Positions 19,308 through 29,650 of a stretch of 64,000 bases of DNA are shown here, piece after piece. A program made the translations under genes and the position numbers. Origin of the DNA: an uncultured Actinomycetota bacterium (GTDB lineage Bacteria; Actinomycetota; Actinomycetes; Actinomycetales; Dermatophilaceae); NCBI GenBank assembly GCA_963776585.1, contig CAVZNA010000004.1, positions 229,390 through 293,389 on the forward strand, written 5' to 3'. A model generated the notes under the pieces. It had not been told where the DNA came from. It saw only the letters and a program-made list of their open reading frames with translations, and did not search any database. Every line of letters starts with the position of its first letter. Positions within the stretch are counted from its first letter, which is position 1.

Positions 19308-20018
19308 ATGGACGAAGTCCACACCCACCACGAGCCTCAGCGCGTCATGTCATCCCGCCTCAACTGGCTCCGAGCCGGGGTGCTCGGGGCCAACGACGGC
19401 ATCGTCTCCACCGCCGGCCTGGTGATCGGTGTGGCCGCGGCGACCACGTCCAGCCAGGCGATCGCGACCGCCGGCATCGCGGGCCTGGCGGCCGGGGCGA
19501 TGAGCATGGCCGTCGGGGAGTACGTCTCCGTCTCCACCCAGCGTGACAGCGAGCGCACGATGCTGGCCAAGGAGCGGCGCGAGCTCGAGGAGATGCCCGA
19601 GGAGGAGCTCGCCGAGCTGACCTTGCTCTACCAGGCCAAGGGGCTCGACTCCGACCTGGCCGCGGCGGTGGCCCAGCAGCTGACCGACCGTGACGCACTC
19701 GCCGCCCACGCCGAGGCCGAGCTGCACATCGACCCCGACGAGCTGACCAACCCGTGGCATGCCGCGTGGGCCTCGATGATCGCCTTCACCGTGGGCGCGA
19801 TCCTGCCCCTGGTCGCGATCCTGGTCGCGGGGGTCTCCTGGCGCATCCCGGTGACCGCAGCCTCGGTGCTGGTGGCGCTGGCCCTGACCGGTGCCGTGAG
19901 TGCCCGGCTCGGCGCCTCCGCGGTGCCCCGAGCGGTCGCCCGCAACATCGCCGGCGGGGCCCTGGCGATGCTCATCACCTACGGCATCGGCGCCCTGGTC
20001 GGGGTGCAGATCGGCTGA
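19308..20018 (+). CDS. VIT1/CCC1 family Fe/Mn transporter
   Basis: LNWLRAGVLGANDGIVS, AGAMSMAVGEYVSVSTQRD. Confidence 0.93.
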   Translation: MDEVHTHHEPQRVMSSRLNWLRAGVLGANDGIVSTAGLVIGVAAATTSSQAIATAGIAGLAAGAMSMAVGEYVSVSTQRDSERTMLAKERRELEEMPEEELAELTLLYQAKGLDSDLAAAVAQQLTDRDALAAHAEAELHIDPDELTNPWHAAWASMIAFTVGAILPLVAILVAGVSWRIPVTAASVLVALALTGAVSARLGASAVPRAVARNIAGGALAMLITYGIGALVGVQIG

Positions 20019-20113
20019 TCGCTCGCCGCGGGAACGTCTCGCGGCCACGCGGCGTTGACCGATCACGTCGACGCCACTCCGGGTGTCCGACAGCCACCTC
20101 GGAGAGGACGGGT

Positions 20114-22798
20114 ATGACGCGCGTGCCACGCCTGCTGGCCGCGGCAGGCGCCGTGCTCGCGCTGCTCGGTGCCCCCCACGCGGCGGTGGCGGCCCCGGTG
20201 GCTGGGGTCACGGCTCAGCGGGTCCTCCCCGCTCAGGACTCCGCGGTCGAGACCCGGGAGGTGCCGGTCGGCCCCGAGGCCGACGGCACCCCGGTGAGCC
20301 TGGACGTGGACCTCTACCGTCCCGACGGCGACGGCCCCTGGCCTGCCGTGGTGCTGGCCCACGGGTTCGGGGGCAGCAAGGCCGATCTGGTCGACCAGGC
20401 GCAGACACTGGCCGGGGAGGGCTACCTGACGGTGGCCTACTCGGCCCGCGGTTTCGGCGGCTCCGGTGGGCTGATCCACCTCAACGCTCCCGACTACGAG
20501 ATCGCCGACGCCCTGGTGCTGCTCGACGAGCTGGCCGAGGAGCCGGGCGTGCAGCTCGATGCCGAGGGCGACCCGCGGGTGGCCTTCGCCGGGGGCAGCT
20601 ACGGCGGCGCGGTGTCGCTGATGGCCGCCGGCGCCGACCCCCGGGTCGACTCGGTCGTGGCCCTCATCACCTGGAACGACCTGGGCGACGCGTTCTTCCC
20701 CCAGCATGCCGTCACCTCGACGGACGGCCCGGCGGAGCAGGTGGACCAGCCCGGGCCGTTCGCCTCGTGGTGGGCCTCCACCTTCTACTCGGGCGTGGCT
20801 GCCGGCAGCCTGGGCGGAGCAGACGGTGCAGGGCCCGGCGCCGCTGGGGTGCCGCCGGCCGGTGACCCCTTGTGCGGAAGGTTCGCCCCCGACGTCTGCG
20901 ACCTGTTCCTCACCGCCGCCGAGACCGGCCAGGCCGGCCCCGAGGTGCTGGAGCTGCTCGCCGAGCACAGCCCTGCCCCGACGCTGGCCGACATCGACGC
21001 CCCCGTCCACCTCGTGCAGGGCATGTCCGACTCCCTCTTCGGCATCGACCACGCCGATGCCAGTGCCCGTGCGCTGACCGAGGCCGGGGTGCCGGTCGCG
21101 GTCACCTGGTTCAACGGTGGCCATGACGGTCCGACCCAGGTCACCGTCGCCCAGCCCCAGGAAGGTCCGCCCGGCGACGTCGAGGACCCGGTCGGCTCCG
21201 ACGCCGACACGCTCGCCGACCAGCAGACGGCCGACCTGCTCACCTGGCTCGACGGCACGTTGCGCCCTGACACCGAGGTGACCCAGGAGAGCCTGCCGCT
21301 GCCGGCCTTCAGCTATGCCCTGCCGCCCACCCGGGGCGTGGAGGGCGAGCGCGTCGTCACCACCGACCGCTATCCGCAGGACGGAGCCGACCAGGCGCTC
21401 CAGGAGGTCCCGCTCGGCCTCTCCGGTGCTCCTGCCCTGGTCAACCCACCCGGTGGGGTGCCGCAGGCCACGACGGCTGCGCCCGGGTTCGGTGGGCTGC
21501 TCGCCGGCCTGCCCACCTATGCACTCTCGGCACTGCCCGGTCAGGCGGTCACCTTCGACACCCAGCCGCTGGAGACCGACCTCACCGTCGTCGGCGCCCC
21601 TCGCATCGGCCTGCAGGTCACCTCCACCGCAGCGTCGACCACGCTCTTCGCCTCACTCTGGGAGGTCCGCGGCGGTGAGCCCCGGCTGCCGCGTCGGCTG
21701 GTCGCGCCGGTGCAGGTCGAGGTCACCCCCGGTGAGCCGACGCCCGTCGAGGTGGCGCTGCCCGGGGGCACCTGGGAGATGGAGGCCGGCTCGACCTGGC
21801 GCGTCCTGCTGACCGCCACCGACTCGGCCTACCGGGGGCCCACCCAGACCCGTGCCGACCAGGTCAGCCTGTCCGCACCGGTGCTGCGCCTGCCCACCGG
21901 GGTCGGCGCCGAGGCGGTGGGCCGGTCGGTGTGGGACACCGAGACGGTCGCGGTCGCCGTGGGCCTCGGTGTGCTGCTGCTCCTGCTCGGCCTGGGCGCG
22001 CTGCGGCGCAGCACCCGCCCGCACCCCGTGGTCGAGGACCTCGTGGACGTGCCGCTGGTGGTCTCCGGCCTGGTCAAGTCCTATCCGGACGGTCACCGTG
22101 CCGTCGACGACGTCACCTGGCGTGCGGAGAAGGGCCAGGTCGTCGGGCTGCTCGGGCCCAACGGGGCCGGCAAGACCACGACGTTGCGCATGGTGATGGG
22201 GCTGATCCGCCCCGACTCGGGCACCGTGCACGTGCTCGGTGAGCCCGTGTATGCCGGGGCGCCGGTGCTGGGACGGGTCGGCGCCCTCGTCGAGGGGCCC
22301 GGCTTCCTGCCGCACCTCACCGGGCTGCAGAACCTGCACGCCTACTGGGCGGCGACCGGCCGTCCTGCCGAGGAGGCGAGGTTTGCCGAAGCCTTGGAGA
22401 TCGCCGCCCTCGGCGACGCGGTGGACCGGCCGGTGCGCTCCTACAGCCACGGCATGCGTCAGCGTCTGGGCATCGCCCAGGCCATGCTCGGCATGCCGGA
22501 GGTGCTCATCCTCGACGAGCCGACCAACGGTCTGGACCCGCCGCAGATCGCCGCCATGCGACCGATGCTGCGCCGGTATGCCGAGGGCGGGCGGACCGTG
22601 GTCGTCTCCAGCCACCTGCTGGCCGAGGTGGAGATGACCTGCTCGCACGTGGTCGTCATGCACGCCGGCCGGGTGCTGGCGGCCGGGTCGGTGGCTGACG
22701 TGGGCGTCGCGGCCGACCGGAACCTCGAGTCGGTCTTCCTGACGACGATCGCCGGCGCCGCCGACCCCGAGCACCTCAACCAGGTGAGGCCCCGATGA
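20114..22798 (+). CDS. Secreted CocE/S15-like alpha/beta hydrolase fused via one TM helix to an ABC ATPase
   Basis: Signal peptide, HGFGG, GGSYGG, DSLF, GGHD; TM helix; GPNGAGKT, YSHGMRQ, LILDEP, SSH; one continuous frame. Confidence 0.9.
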   Translation: MTRVPRLLAAAGAVLALLGAPHAAVAAPVAGVTAQRVLPAQDSAVETREVPVGPEADGTPVSLDVDLYRPDGDGPWPAVVLAHGFGGSKADLVDQAQTLAGEGYLTVAYSARGFGGSGGLIHLNAPDYEIADALVLLDELAEEPGVQLDAEGDPRVAFAGGSYGGAVSLMAAGADPRVDSVVALITWNDLGDAFFPQHAVTSTDGPAEQVDQPGPFASWWASTFYSGVAAGSLGGADGAGPGAAGVPPAGDPLCGRFAPDVCDLFLTAAETGQAGPEVLELLAEHSPAPTLADIDAPVHLVQGMSDSLFGIDHADASARALTEAGVPVAVTWFNGGHDGPTQVTVAQPQEGPPGDVEDPVGSDADTLADQQTADLLTWLDGTLRPDTEVTQESLPLPAFSYALPPTRGVEGERVVTTDRYPQDGADQALQEVPLGLSGAPALVNPPGGVPQATTAAPGFGGLLAGLPTYALSALPGQAVTFDTQPLETDLTVVGAPRIGLQVTSTAASTTLFASLWEVRGGEPRLPRRLVAPVQVEVTPGEPTPVEVALPGGTWEMEAGSTWRVLLTATDSAYRGPTQTRADQVSLSAPVLRLPTGVGAEAVGRSVWDTETVAVAVGLGVLLLLLGLGALRRSTRPHPVVEDLVDVPLVVSGLVKSYPDGHRAVDDVTWRAEKGQVVGLLGPNGAGKTTTLRMVMGLIRPDSGTVHVLGEPVYAGAPVLGRVGALVEGPGFLPHLTGLQNLHAYWAATGRPAEEARFAEALEIAALGDAVDRPVRSYSHGMRQRLGIAQAMLGMPEVLILDEPTNGLDPPQIAAMRPMLRRYAEGGRTVVVSSHLLAEVEMTCSHVVVMHAGRVLAAGSVADVGVAADRNLESVFLTTIAGAADPEHLNQVRPR

Positions 22799-23604
22799 CC
22801 CGACCGCTGACCCTGCCCGTCGAGGCCGCACGCCAGGTGCGCCGGCCTCGCACGCGGTGGACCTTCCTGATCCTGGTCGTGCTGCCGCTCATCGTCGTCG
22901 GCGCGTTCGCCATCGGCGGCGAGAACGAAGGGGGTCAGAGCTTCTCCGACCTCGCCACCCAGGGGTCGGGCAACTTTGCCGTCTTCATGCTCCTGGTGAG
23001 CGCCGACCTGCTGATCCTGATCGTCGCCGCGCTGTTCGTCGGTGACTCCATCCCGGCCGAGGCCTCGTGGTCCTCGCTGCGCTACCTGCTCATCGCCCCG
23101 GTGCCGCGCAGCCGCCTGCTGACCAGCAAGCTGCTGGTGGGGCTGGCCTCGGCGGCCCTGGCGGTGGCCGTGCTGCTGGTGTGGGTGCTGCTGGTCGGGG
23201 GCGTGTTCTACGGCTGGGAGGCGCTGAACCTGAGGGCGGGGGGTGCACTCGACTGGCCGACGACCGTCGGCCGGCTGGCGCTGGCCGGGGCCTACATCCT
23301 GCTCGCGCAGCTGCCCTTCGCGGCGCTCGCGTTCTGGGTCGGCGTGCGCACCGACGCACCGCTGGGTGCGGTCGGGGCAGCGGTCATCGCGGCCATCGTG
23401 TCCTCGATCCTCGACGCCCTGCCGGCGCTGGGCGAGTGGCGGCAGGGGCTGCCCAACCACTACTCCCGGGAGTGGGTGGGGCTGTTCGGCCAGGACGCCG
23501 ACTATGCCGCGCTGCTGCCCGGCGCCCTGTGGGCCTCGCTCTACACGGTGGTCTTCCTGGCTCTGGCCTTCCGGCACTTCAACCGCAAGGACATCCTCAG
23601 CTGA
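22795..23604 (+). CDS. ABC-2 type transporter permease
   Basis: ATGA overlap; GDSIPAEASWSSLRYLLIAPVPRSRLL; C-terminal FNRKDILS. Confidence 0.9.
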   Translation: MTRPLTLPVEAARQVRRPRTRWTFLILVVLPLIVVGAFAIGGENEGGQSFSDLATQGSGNFAVFMLLVSADLLILIVAALFVGDSIPAEASWSSLRYLLIAPVPRSRLLTSKLLVGLASAALAVAVLLVWVLLVGGVFYGWEALNLRAGGALDWPTTVGRLALAGAYILLAQLPFAALAFWVGVRTDAPLGAVGAAVIAAIVSSILDALPALGEWRQGLPNHYSREWVGLFGQDADYAALLPGALWASLYTVVFLALAFRHFNRKDILS

Positions 23605-24106
23605 CGACAGTGGCCCGGCGGGCGCGCACCCGGCGCGACACCGAGGTCGCCAGGACCACCACCGCGATGGCGACCAGCCCGGCCAGCGACCACGGGGAGC
23701 CGGCGGCGGCCGCCAGAGCCGCCTGCCAGACGGCGAAGCCGATCGTGGCATAGATCGTCGCCCACGCCGCCGCTCCCGGCACCTGGGCCAGCGTGAACCA
23801 GGGCCACGCGATGCGCATCACCCCGGCCGCCGCCAGCACCATCGTCTGGAAGCCCACGGTCAGGTAGCACAACGGCACCATCGCCAGCCCCCAGCGCTCG
23901 ATGGCGCGTCGCCCTCGGGCCAGGCCCTCGCCCTGCAGCCAGGCATGCACCGACGCCTGCCAGCCGCCGGTGGGGTGGGTGTGCGCCAGCGTCTGCTCGG
24001 TCACGACACGAGCGACCCAGTAGGTGCCCTGGCCCCGCCCCATGGCCACCACGAAGAGTGCCGCGAACGTCAGCCAGAAGCCCTGACCTTCCCACCACTG
24101 CGGCAT
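23597..24106 (-). CDS. DedA/VTT-like membrane protein
   Basis: RGQGTYW, IERWG, YLTVGFQT, AAGVMRI, WATIYATIG. Confidence 0.75.
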   Translation of the reverse strand: MPQWWEGQGFWLTFAALFVVAMGRGQGTYWVARVVTEQTLAHTHPTGGWQASVHAWLQGEGLARGRRAIERWGLAMVPLCYLTVGFQTMVLAAAGVMRIAWPWFTLAQVPGAAAWATIYATIGFAVWQAALAAAAGSPWSLAGLVAIAVVVLATSVSRRVRARRATVVS

Positions 24107-24245
24107 GCCGTCATGGTCCCACGACCGCCTGCCGTCCCGGCCGGCTGCTGACACACTGGGCGACGGCATACCGCCGGCACACCCCGGCCCACGCGGCTGG
24201 ACCGGCCGGCATACGCACCCGCATCCCCGAGACGAGAGGCCGCCG

Positions 24246-25635
24246 ATGAGCGACCAGCCCACCACCACCCTGCTGATCCTGGGCGCCTCCGGCGACCTCA
24301 CCAGCAGGCTGCTGCTGCCCGGCCTGGGCACCCTGCTGCGCGTCGAGCCGGAGCGGCGCGTGCGGGTGGTCGGGGCCGACCGGGCTCGAGCTGACGCAGG
24401 AGGCGTGGCACGACAAGATGCGCGACAGCGATGGCCGGCGCGGAGGTGCCGGACGAGCGCGCCGAGGCGCTGGTGAGCGAGCCGACTACCAGCAGGCCGA
24501 CCTGCTCGAGCCGGAGCAGCTGCGGCCTGCTGATGGCCGAGGTGCAGGGGCCGCTGGTGCATCTACTTCGCGCTGCCGCCGTAGATGACGGTGAAGGTGT
24601 GCGCGCTGCTGGAGACGATCGAGCTGCCCGAGGGACCCGGCTGGCCTTGGAGAAGCCGTTCGGCCACGACAGCCGAGTCGGCCCGCGCAGCTCAACGCCA
24701 GCTGCTGCGGGTCGTGCCGGAGGAGCGGATCATCCGCGTCGACCACTTCCTCGGGCGTCAACACGTGCTCAACCTCATCGGCGTGCGGTTCGCCAACCGC
24801 ATGCTGCTGCCGGTCTGGTCCGCCGAGCACATCGAGCGGGTCGACATCGTCTACGACGAGGACCTCGCGCTGGAGGGGCGCGCCGGCTACTACGACCACG
24901 CGGGCGCGCTCAAGGACATGATCCAGTCGCACCTGCTGCAGATCCTGGCCCTGTTCGCGATGGAGGAGCCCGCGTCGCTGGACGCCGGTCGAGGTCGCAG
25001 GCGCTCAAGGCGCAGGCGCTGCGGGCGACCCAGCTGTGGGGTCAGGACCCGGTCACCGCGTCGCGGCGGGCGCGCTACACCGCGGGCCGGGTCGGGGACC
25101 GCGAGATCCCCGACTACGTCGCCGAGGAGGGCGTGGACCCCGGCCGCGCGACCGAGACCCTGGCCCAGCTGGTCGTGAGGTGCGCAACTCGCGCTGGGCC
25201 GGGGTGCCCTTCGTGCTGCGCAGCGGCAAGGCGCTGGGGACCAGGAGAAGCGGGTCGTCGTCACCTTCCGCGCAGCCCGCCCACGTGCCCACCGGGCTCA
25301 CGGACACGGCCGAGCCCGACCGGCTCATCCTGGAGCTCAAGCCGGGTGCGGTGACCCTGGACCTGTCGATCAACGCCGAGGGCGACCCCTTCGAGCTGGA
25401 GCAGAAGGAGCTGCGGGCCACGCTGGGCAAGCCACGCATGCTGCCCTACGGCGAGGTGCTGGCCGGCATCTTCGACGGTGACCCGCTGCTGTCGCTCCGC
25501 GGGGACGTCGCCGAGGAGAGCTGGCGCATCGTCGAGCCGGCGCTGGCCGCCTGGAGCCGCGGGGACGTGCCGCTGCAGGACTACCCCGCGGGGTCGATGG
25601 GCCCGGACGGCTGGGGGGCCGTCCCCGGGGCCTGA
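24246..25635 (+). pseudogene. zwf: Glucose-6-phosphate dehydrogenase with many frameshifts (likely sequencing error)
   Basis: Motifs spread over frames: GASGDL, LALEKPFG, RVDHFLG, GRAGYYDHAGALKDMIQSHLLQ, RWAGVPFVLRSGK, DYPAGSMGP. Confidence 0.85.
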
Positions 25636-25671
25636 CAGCCCGCCTGCTCGCAGATCACGGTGTCAGGCCGA

Positions 25672-25745
25672 GCAGCCGAACGGGCACAGTGACCTCTCTG
25701 TGCCGCGTCTTACGGGTGGCCCGCCCGGTGTGCCCGTTCGGCTGC
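25672..25745. repeat. 74-bp element with 17-bp terminal inverted repeats
   Basis: GCAGCCGAACGGGCACA...TGTGCCCGTTCGGCTGC; sibling at 51700. Confidence 0.8.
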
Positions 25746-25783
25746 ACGCGCTGAGGGGCCGCACGGTGCGCGCCAGGCCCCGC

Positions 25784-28700
25784 TCAGACCAGCTCGGCCA
25801 CCGGCTCGTCCGTCGGCGCCGCCTCATGCTTGCCGCGGCGCGCCTTGCGACGCTGGGCCAGGCGCTCCTTGGCCCGCTCCACCAGCAGGTAGAGCACGGG
25901 CACCAGGACGAGCGTCAGCGCGGTGGAGCTGACCAGGCCGCCGATGACGACGAGGGCCAGGGGCTGCGAGATGAACGCCCCGCCGCCGGTGACCGCGAGC
26001 GCCAACGGTGTCAGCGCCCCGATCGTGGCCAGCGCCGTCATCACGATCGGCCGGAAGCGGTGCCGGGACCCCTCGATGACCGCCTCGGTGATGCCGGCGC
26101 CGCGGCGGCGGTACTGGTTGACGAGGTCGATCAGCACGATCGCGTTGGTCACGACGATGCCCACCAGCAGCAGCATGCCGATCATCGCGGCAACGTCGAG
26201 CGGGGTGTCGGTGAGCAGCAGCATCGCCAGCGACCCGGTCGCGGCGAAGGGCACCGACACGAGCAGCAGGAAGGGCTGCAGGAGGCTGTTGAAGGTCGCC
26301 ACCATGACCAGGTAGACGATGGCGATGGCGGCGAGCAGGGCCAGGCCCAGGCTGGCGAAGGCGTCTGCCTGGTCCGAGCTCACCCCGCCCAGCTCGACCT
26401 GCACGCCCTCGGGCAGCTCGAGCCCGTCCAGCCGCTCGGTGAGGTCGGCGGTCAACGCCCCCAGGTTGTCGCCGCTCGGGCTGGCCTCGGTGACGGCGCT
26501 GCGCTGGCCGTCGACCCTGGTGATCTGGGCGAGCTCGTCGACCTGCTGCCAGCGTGGCGACGTCCCCGAGGGTGACCGGGCCTTCGGGTCCGGCGCCGAC
26601 GACGACGGCGGCCAGCTCCTCGAGGGTCTGGGGTGCCTCACCCTGCTCGACCAGCCACCGGCAGGATGTCGGCCCCGAGGTCGACCTGCCCGACGGTGCT
26701 ACCCGTCGAGACCGCCGAGACGACCTGTCCCACCTGGGTCTCGGTCAGCCCGGCCTCGGCCGCGGCCTCGCGGTCGACCGTCACCCGGAGGGAGAGCGCC
26801 GTGTCAGCGAGGTTGTTGCTCACATCGGTGCCACCGGCCGCCTGCACGGCCTCGACCACGTCGGCGGCGGCTGCCGCCAGGTCGTCGGGGTCGGCGGCCG
26901 ACACGATGACCTCGAGGTTGGACGCGCCGGGCTGCTGGGTGGACCCGGCCACGGCCAGCCGGCCACCCTCGGGCTCGGGGATCTGCGCCTGCAGCTCCTC
27001 GCCGAAGACGTCACCGTCGGTGCCCTCGTCCAGGCTGACGGCGAAGGTCGCGGTGCTGCCGCCCCCGCCGAGGAAGATCGTCTCGAAGCCACCCGAGCTG
27101 CCGACCACCACCTGGTAGGACTCGACGTCCGCACGGCCGGCCAGCCACGCCTCGACCTCCTGCGCAGCGGCGTCGGTGTCGTCGAGGGTGGTGCCCGTGG
27201 GCATCTCCAACGTGACCGTCAGCGTGTTCTCGCCAGAGCTGCCGATGAAGTCGGTCTTGAGCTGGGTGGCCGCCGACACCGGTGGCGACCAGGACGAGCC
27301 CGGCCAGGGCGAGGGTGAGCACGGGGTGTGCCAAGGCGCGGCGGAGCACCGGCAGGTAGGCCCGCTGCAGGCGGTCGGGCCGGTCGGCGCGCTCGAGCGT
27401 CCGAGGCCGACACCCCGCCGCTGCGGCCGCAGGAACCAGTAGCCGAGCACCGGGATGATGGTCAGCGCCACGAAGAGCGAGGCGAGCATGGCGATGGCGA
27501 CGGTGAACGCGAAGGGGCGGAACAGCTCGCCCACCTGGCCGCCGACGAGCCCGAGCGGGAGGAACACCGCGACAGTGGCGGCGGTGGCCGAGGTGATGGC
27601 GCCGGCCACCTCCCGGACCGCGGTGACGATGGACGTGCATCCGGTCCTGGCCCAGGGCCATGTGCCGTTTGATGTTCTCGATGACGACGATGGAGTCGTC
27701 CACCACCCGGCCGATCGCGATCGTCAGCGCGCCCAGCGTGAGGATGTTGAGGGTGTAGCCGAAGACCTGCAGCCCGAGCAGCGCCACGAGCAGCGACAGC
27801 GGGATCGACAGGGCGGTCACCAGGGTGAGCCGCACCGAGAGCAGGAAGACGAGCACGACGAGGATCGCGAAGCCGAGTCCCAGCAGACCCTCGGTGGTGA
27901 GGTCCTCGATCGACTGCTCGATGAACGGGGCCTGGTCGAACACGACGACGAGCTCGCCCCCGGCCAGCACGGTCTCGAGCTCGGGGACGAGCTCGTCGAG
28001 GTCGCGGGAGATCTCGACGGCGTTGCCGTCCGGGGTCTTGGTGATCTGCAGACCCACGCTGGGCTCACCGTTGGTGCGGGTGTATGCCGTCGGCGCGCGC
28101 TCGGAGAGCTCCACCTCGGCCACGTCCCCCAGGGTGGCGGAGGTCGGGGTCACGGGCTGGGCTGTCGGGTCGGTGCCCGGCTGCTGGCTCGATCCCTCGG
28201 GCGGGGCCGTCGGGTCGGTCGCCGGCTTGGTCAGGGGCCGCCGGGAGCACGAGGGGCAACGCGGCGATGTCCTCGACGCCGGCGAGCCGGGCGCCGACCT
28301 GGACCGGCAGCTCGGTGGAGCCGTCGAGCACGGTGCCGGCGTCGACGACGACCCCGTTGGCCTGCAGCAGCTGGGCGACCGTGCCCGCGTCGACCCCCGC
28401 GGCCAGGGCGGCCTCCTCGTCCAGGTCGATGCGCACCAGGCGGTCGGCGACACCGGTGAGCTGCACGCCGCGCACCCCGTCGATGTCCTCGACATCGGGG
28501 ACCACCAGCTGCTCGAGGCGCCGCACCAGGTCGGCGGCGTCCTCCCCGCCGGTCGCCGACAGCTGGATGATCGGGAAGTCGTCGATGCTGCCGGCGAAGA
28601 CCTGGGGTTCGGCCCCCTCGGGCAGGTCCTGCACCGACAGCACCGAGCGCTGCAGGTCGGTCTGGGCGTTGCCCAGGTCGGTGCCGTAGTCGAGCTCGAT

Positions 28701-28979
28701 CGTCACCGCGGAGAAGCCGTCGCCGGAGGTGGAGGTCACCTCGACGACCCCGCTCAGCCGTTGCGCCGCGAACTCCATCGGCGCGGTCACCCGCTCCTCG
28801 ACCACCGCAGCGCTGGCGCCCGGCACCGGCGTCGCGACGGCCAGGATCGGGAACTCCAGGGAGGGGAACAGCTCGCGTGGCAGCGCGTTGGCCGACCATA
28901 GCCCCGCCAGCACGGCAAACACGGTGGTCAGCGCCACCAGTGCGCGGTTGCGCACGCTGAACAGGGTCAACTTCGTCAT
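25784..28979 (-). pseudogene. AcrB/SwrC-family RND efflux permease, frameshifted (likely sequencing error)
   Basis: ELFPSLEFP, LNILTLGALTIAIGRVVDDSIVVIENI, AVFLPL..FRPFA, GIVVTNAIVLID, RFRPIVMTALAT spread over at least 4 ORFs. Confidence 0.88.
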
Positions 28980-29038
28980 GGGTCGCGTCCTCGACGGTGA
29001 TGCGGGCACTTCGGTCACGACTAGTGTGCCTCAAACAG

Positions 29039-29053
29039 TTAGTCTGAGACTAA
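29039..29053. promoter_or_regulatory. Putative MarR operator
   Basis: Perfect 7-1-7 inverted repeat TTAGTCT-G-AGACTAA in the AT-rich divergent region. Confidence 0.7.
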
Positions 29054-29078
29054 TAACTAGATCATATGAGGAGTCTGC

Positions 29079-29558
29079 ATGGTCGCGTCGGACCGCTCCG
29101 AGCTCGTCGCCCGCATCGCAGCGACCGACACCCGGCTGCGCCATCTCATGCTGCGGTGGGCCGGGCCGATGCCGGTGCCCAGCGACCTGACGCTGCGGCA
29201 GCTCCAGGTGCTCGGCCTCCTGCACGGGGCCACCGCCCTGACCGGGCACGACCTCGCGCAGTCCCTCGATGTCTCCACGGCGACCGTGAGCGGTCTGGTC
29301 GACCGCATGGTCACCAAGGGCCTGGTGCAGCGGGCTCCCGACCCGGACGACCGGCGCCGGGTCCTGCTGTCGGTGACGCATCAAGGGCAGTCGGTCCTCG
29401 AGGGGCTGGACGCCGCCGGTCGTCGGGGCCGGGACGCGCTCCTGGTCCGGCTCGATGTGGCTGACCTGGCTGAGCTGGCGAGACTCTTCGACGTGCTGCT
29501 CCAGACCGCCCAGGACCTGGACGCCACCGGCGGCACCCCGCATACCTGCCCCGACTGA
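29079..29558 (+). CDS. MarR family regulator
   Basis: LTLRQLQVL, ATVSGLVDRMVTKGLV, DPDDRR; GAGGAG RBS. Confidence 0.92.
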   Translation: MVASDRSELVARIAATDTRLRHLMLRWAGPMPVPSDLTLRQLQVLGLLHGATALTGHDLAQSLDVSTATVSGLVDRMVTKGLVQRAPDPDDRRRVLLSVTHQGQSVLEGLDAAGRRGRDALLVRLDVADLAELARLFDVLLQTAQDLDATGGTPHTCPD

Positions 29559-29650
29559 ACGCTTCTGCTCCGGGCGTAACGCTCCTCGCGCGCGGCAGGC
29601 GCCTGGCTGCTAGCGTCCGAGGAGGTTCACACGACGGCGTGGGGGGCATC

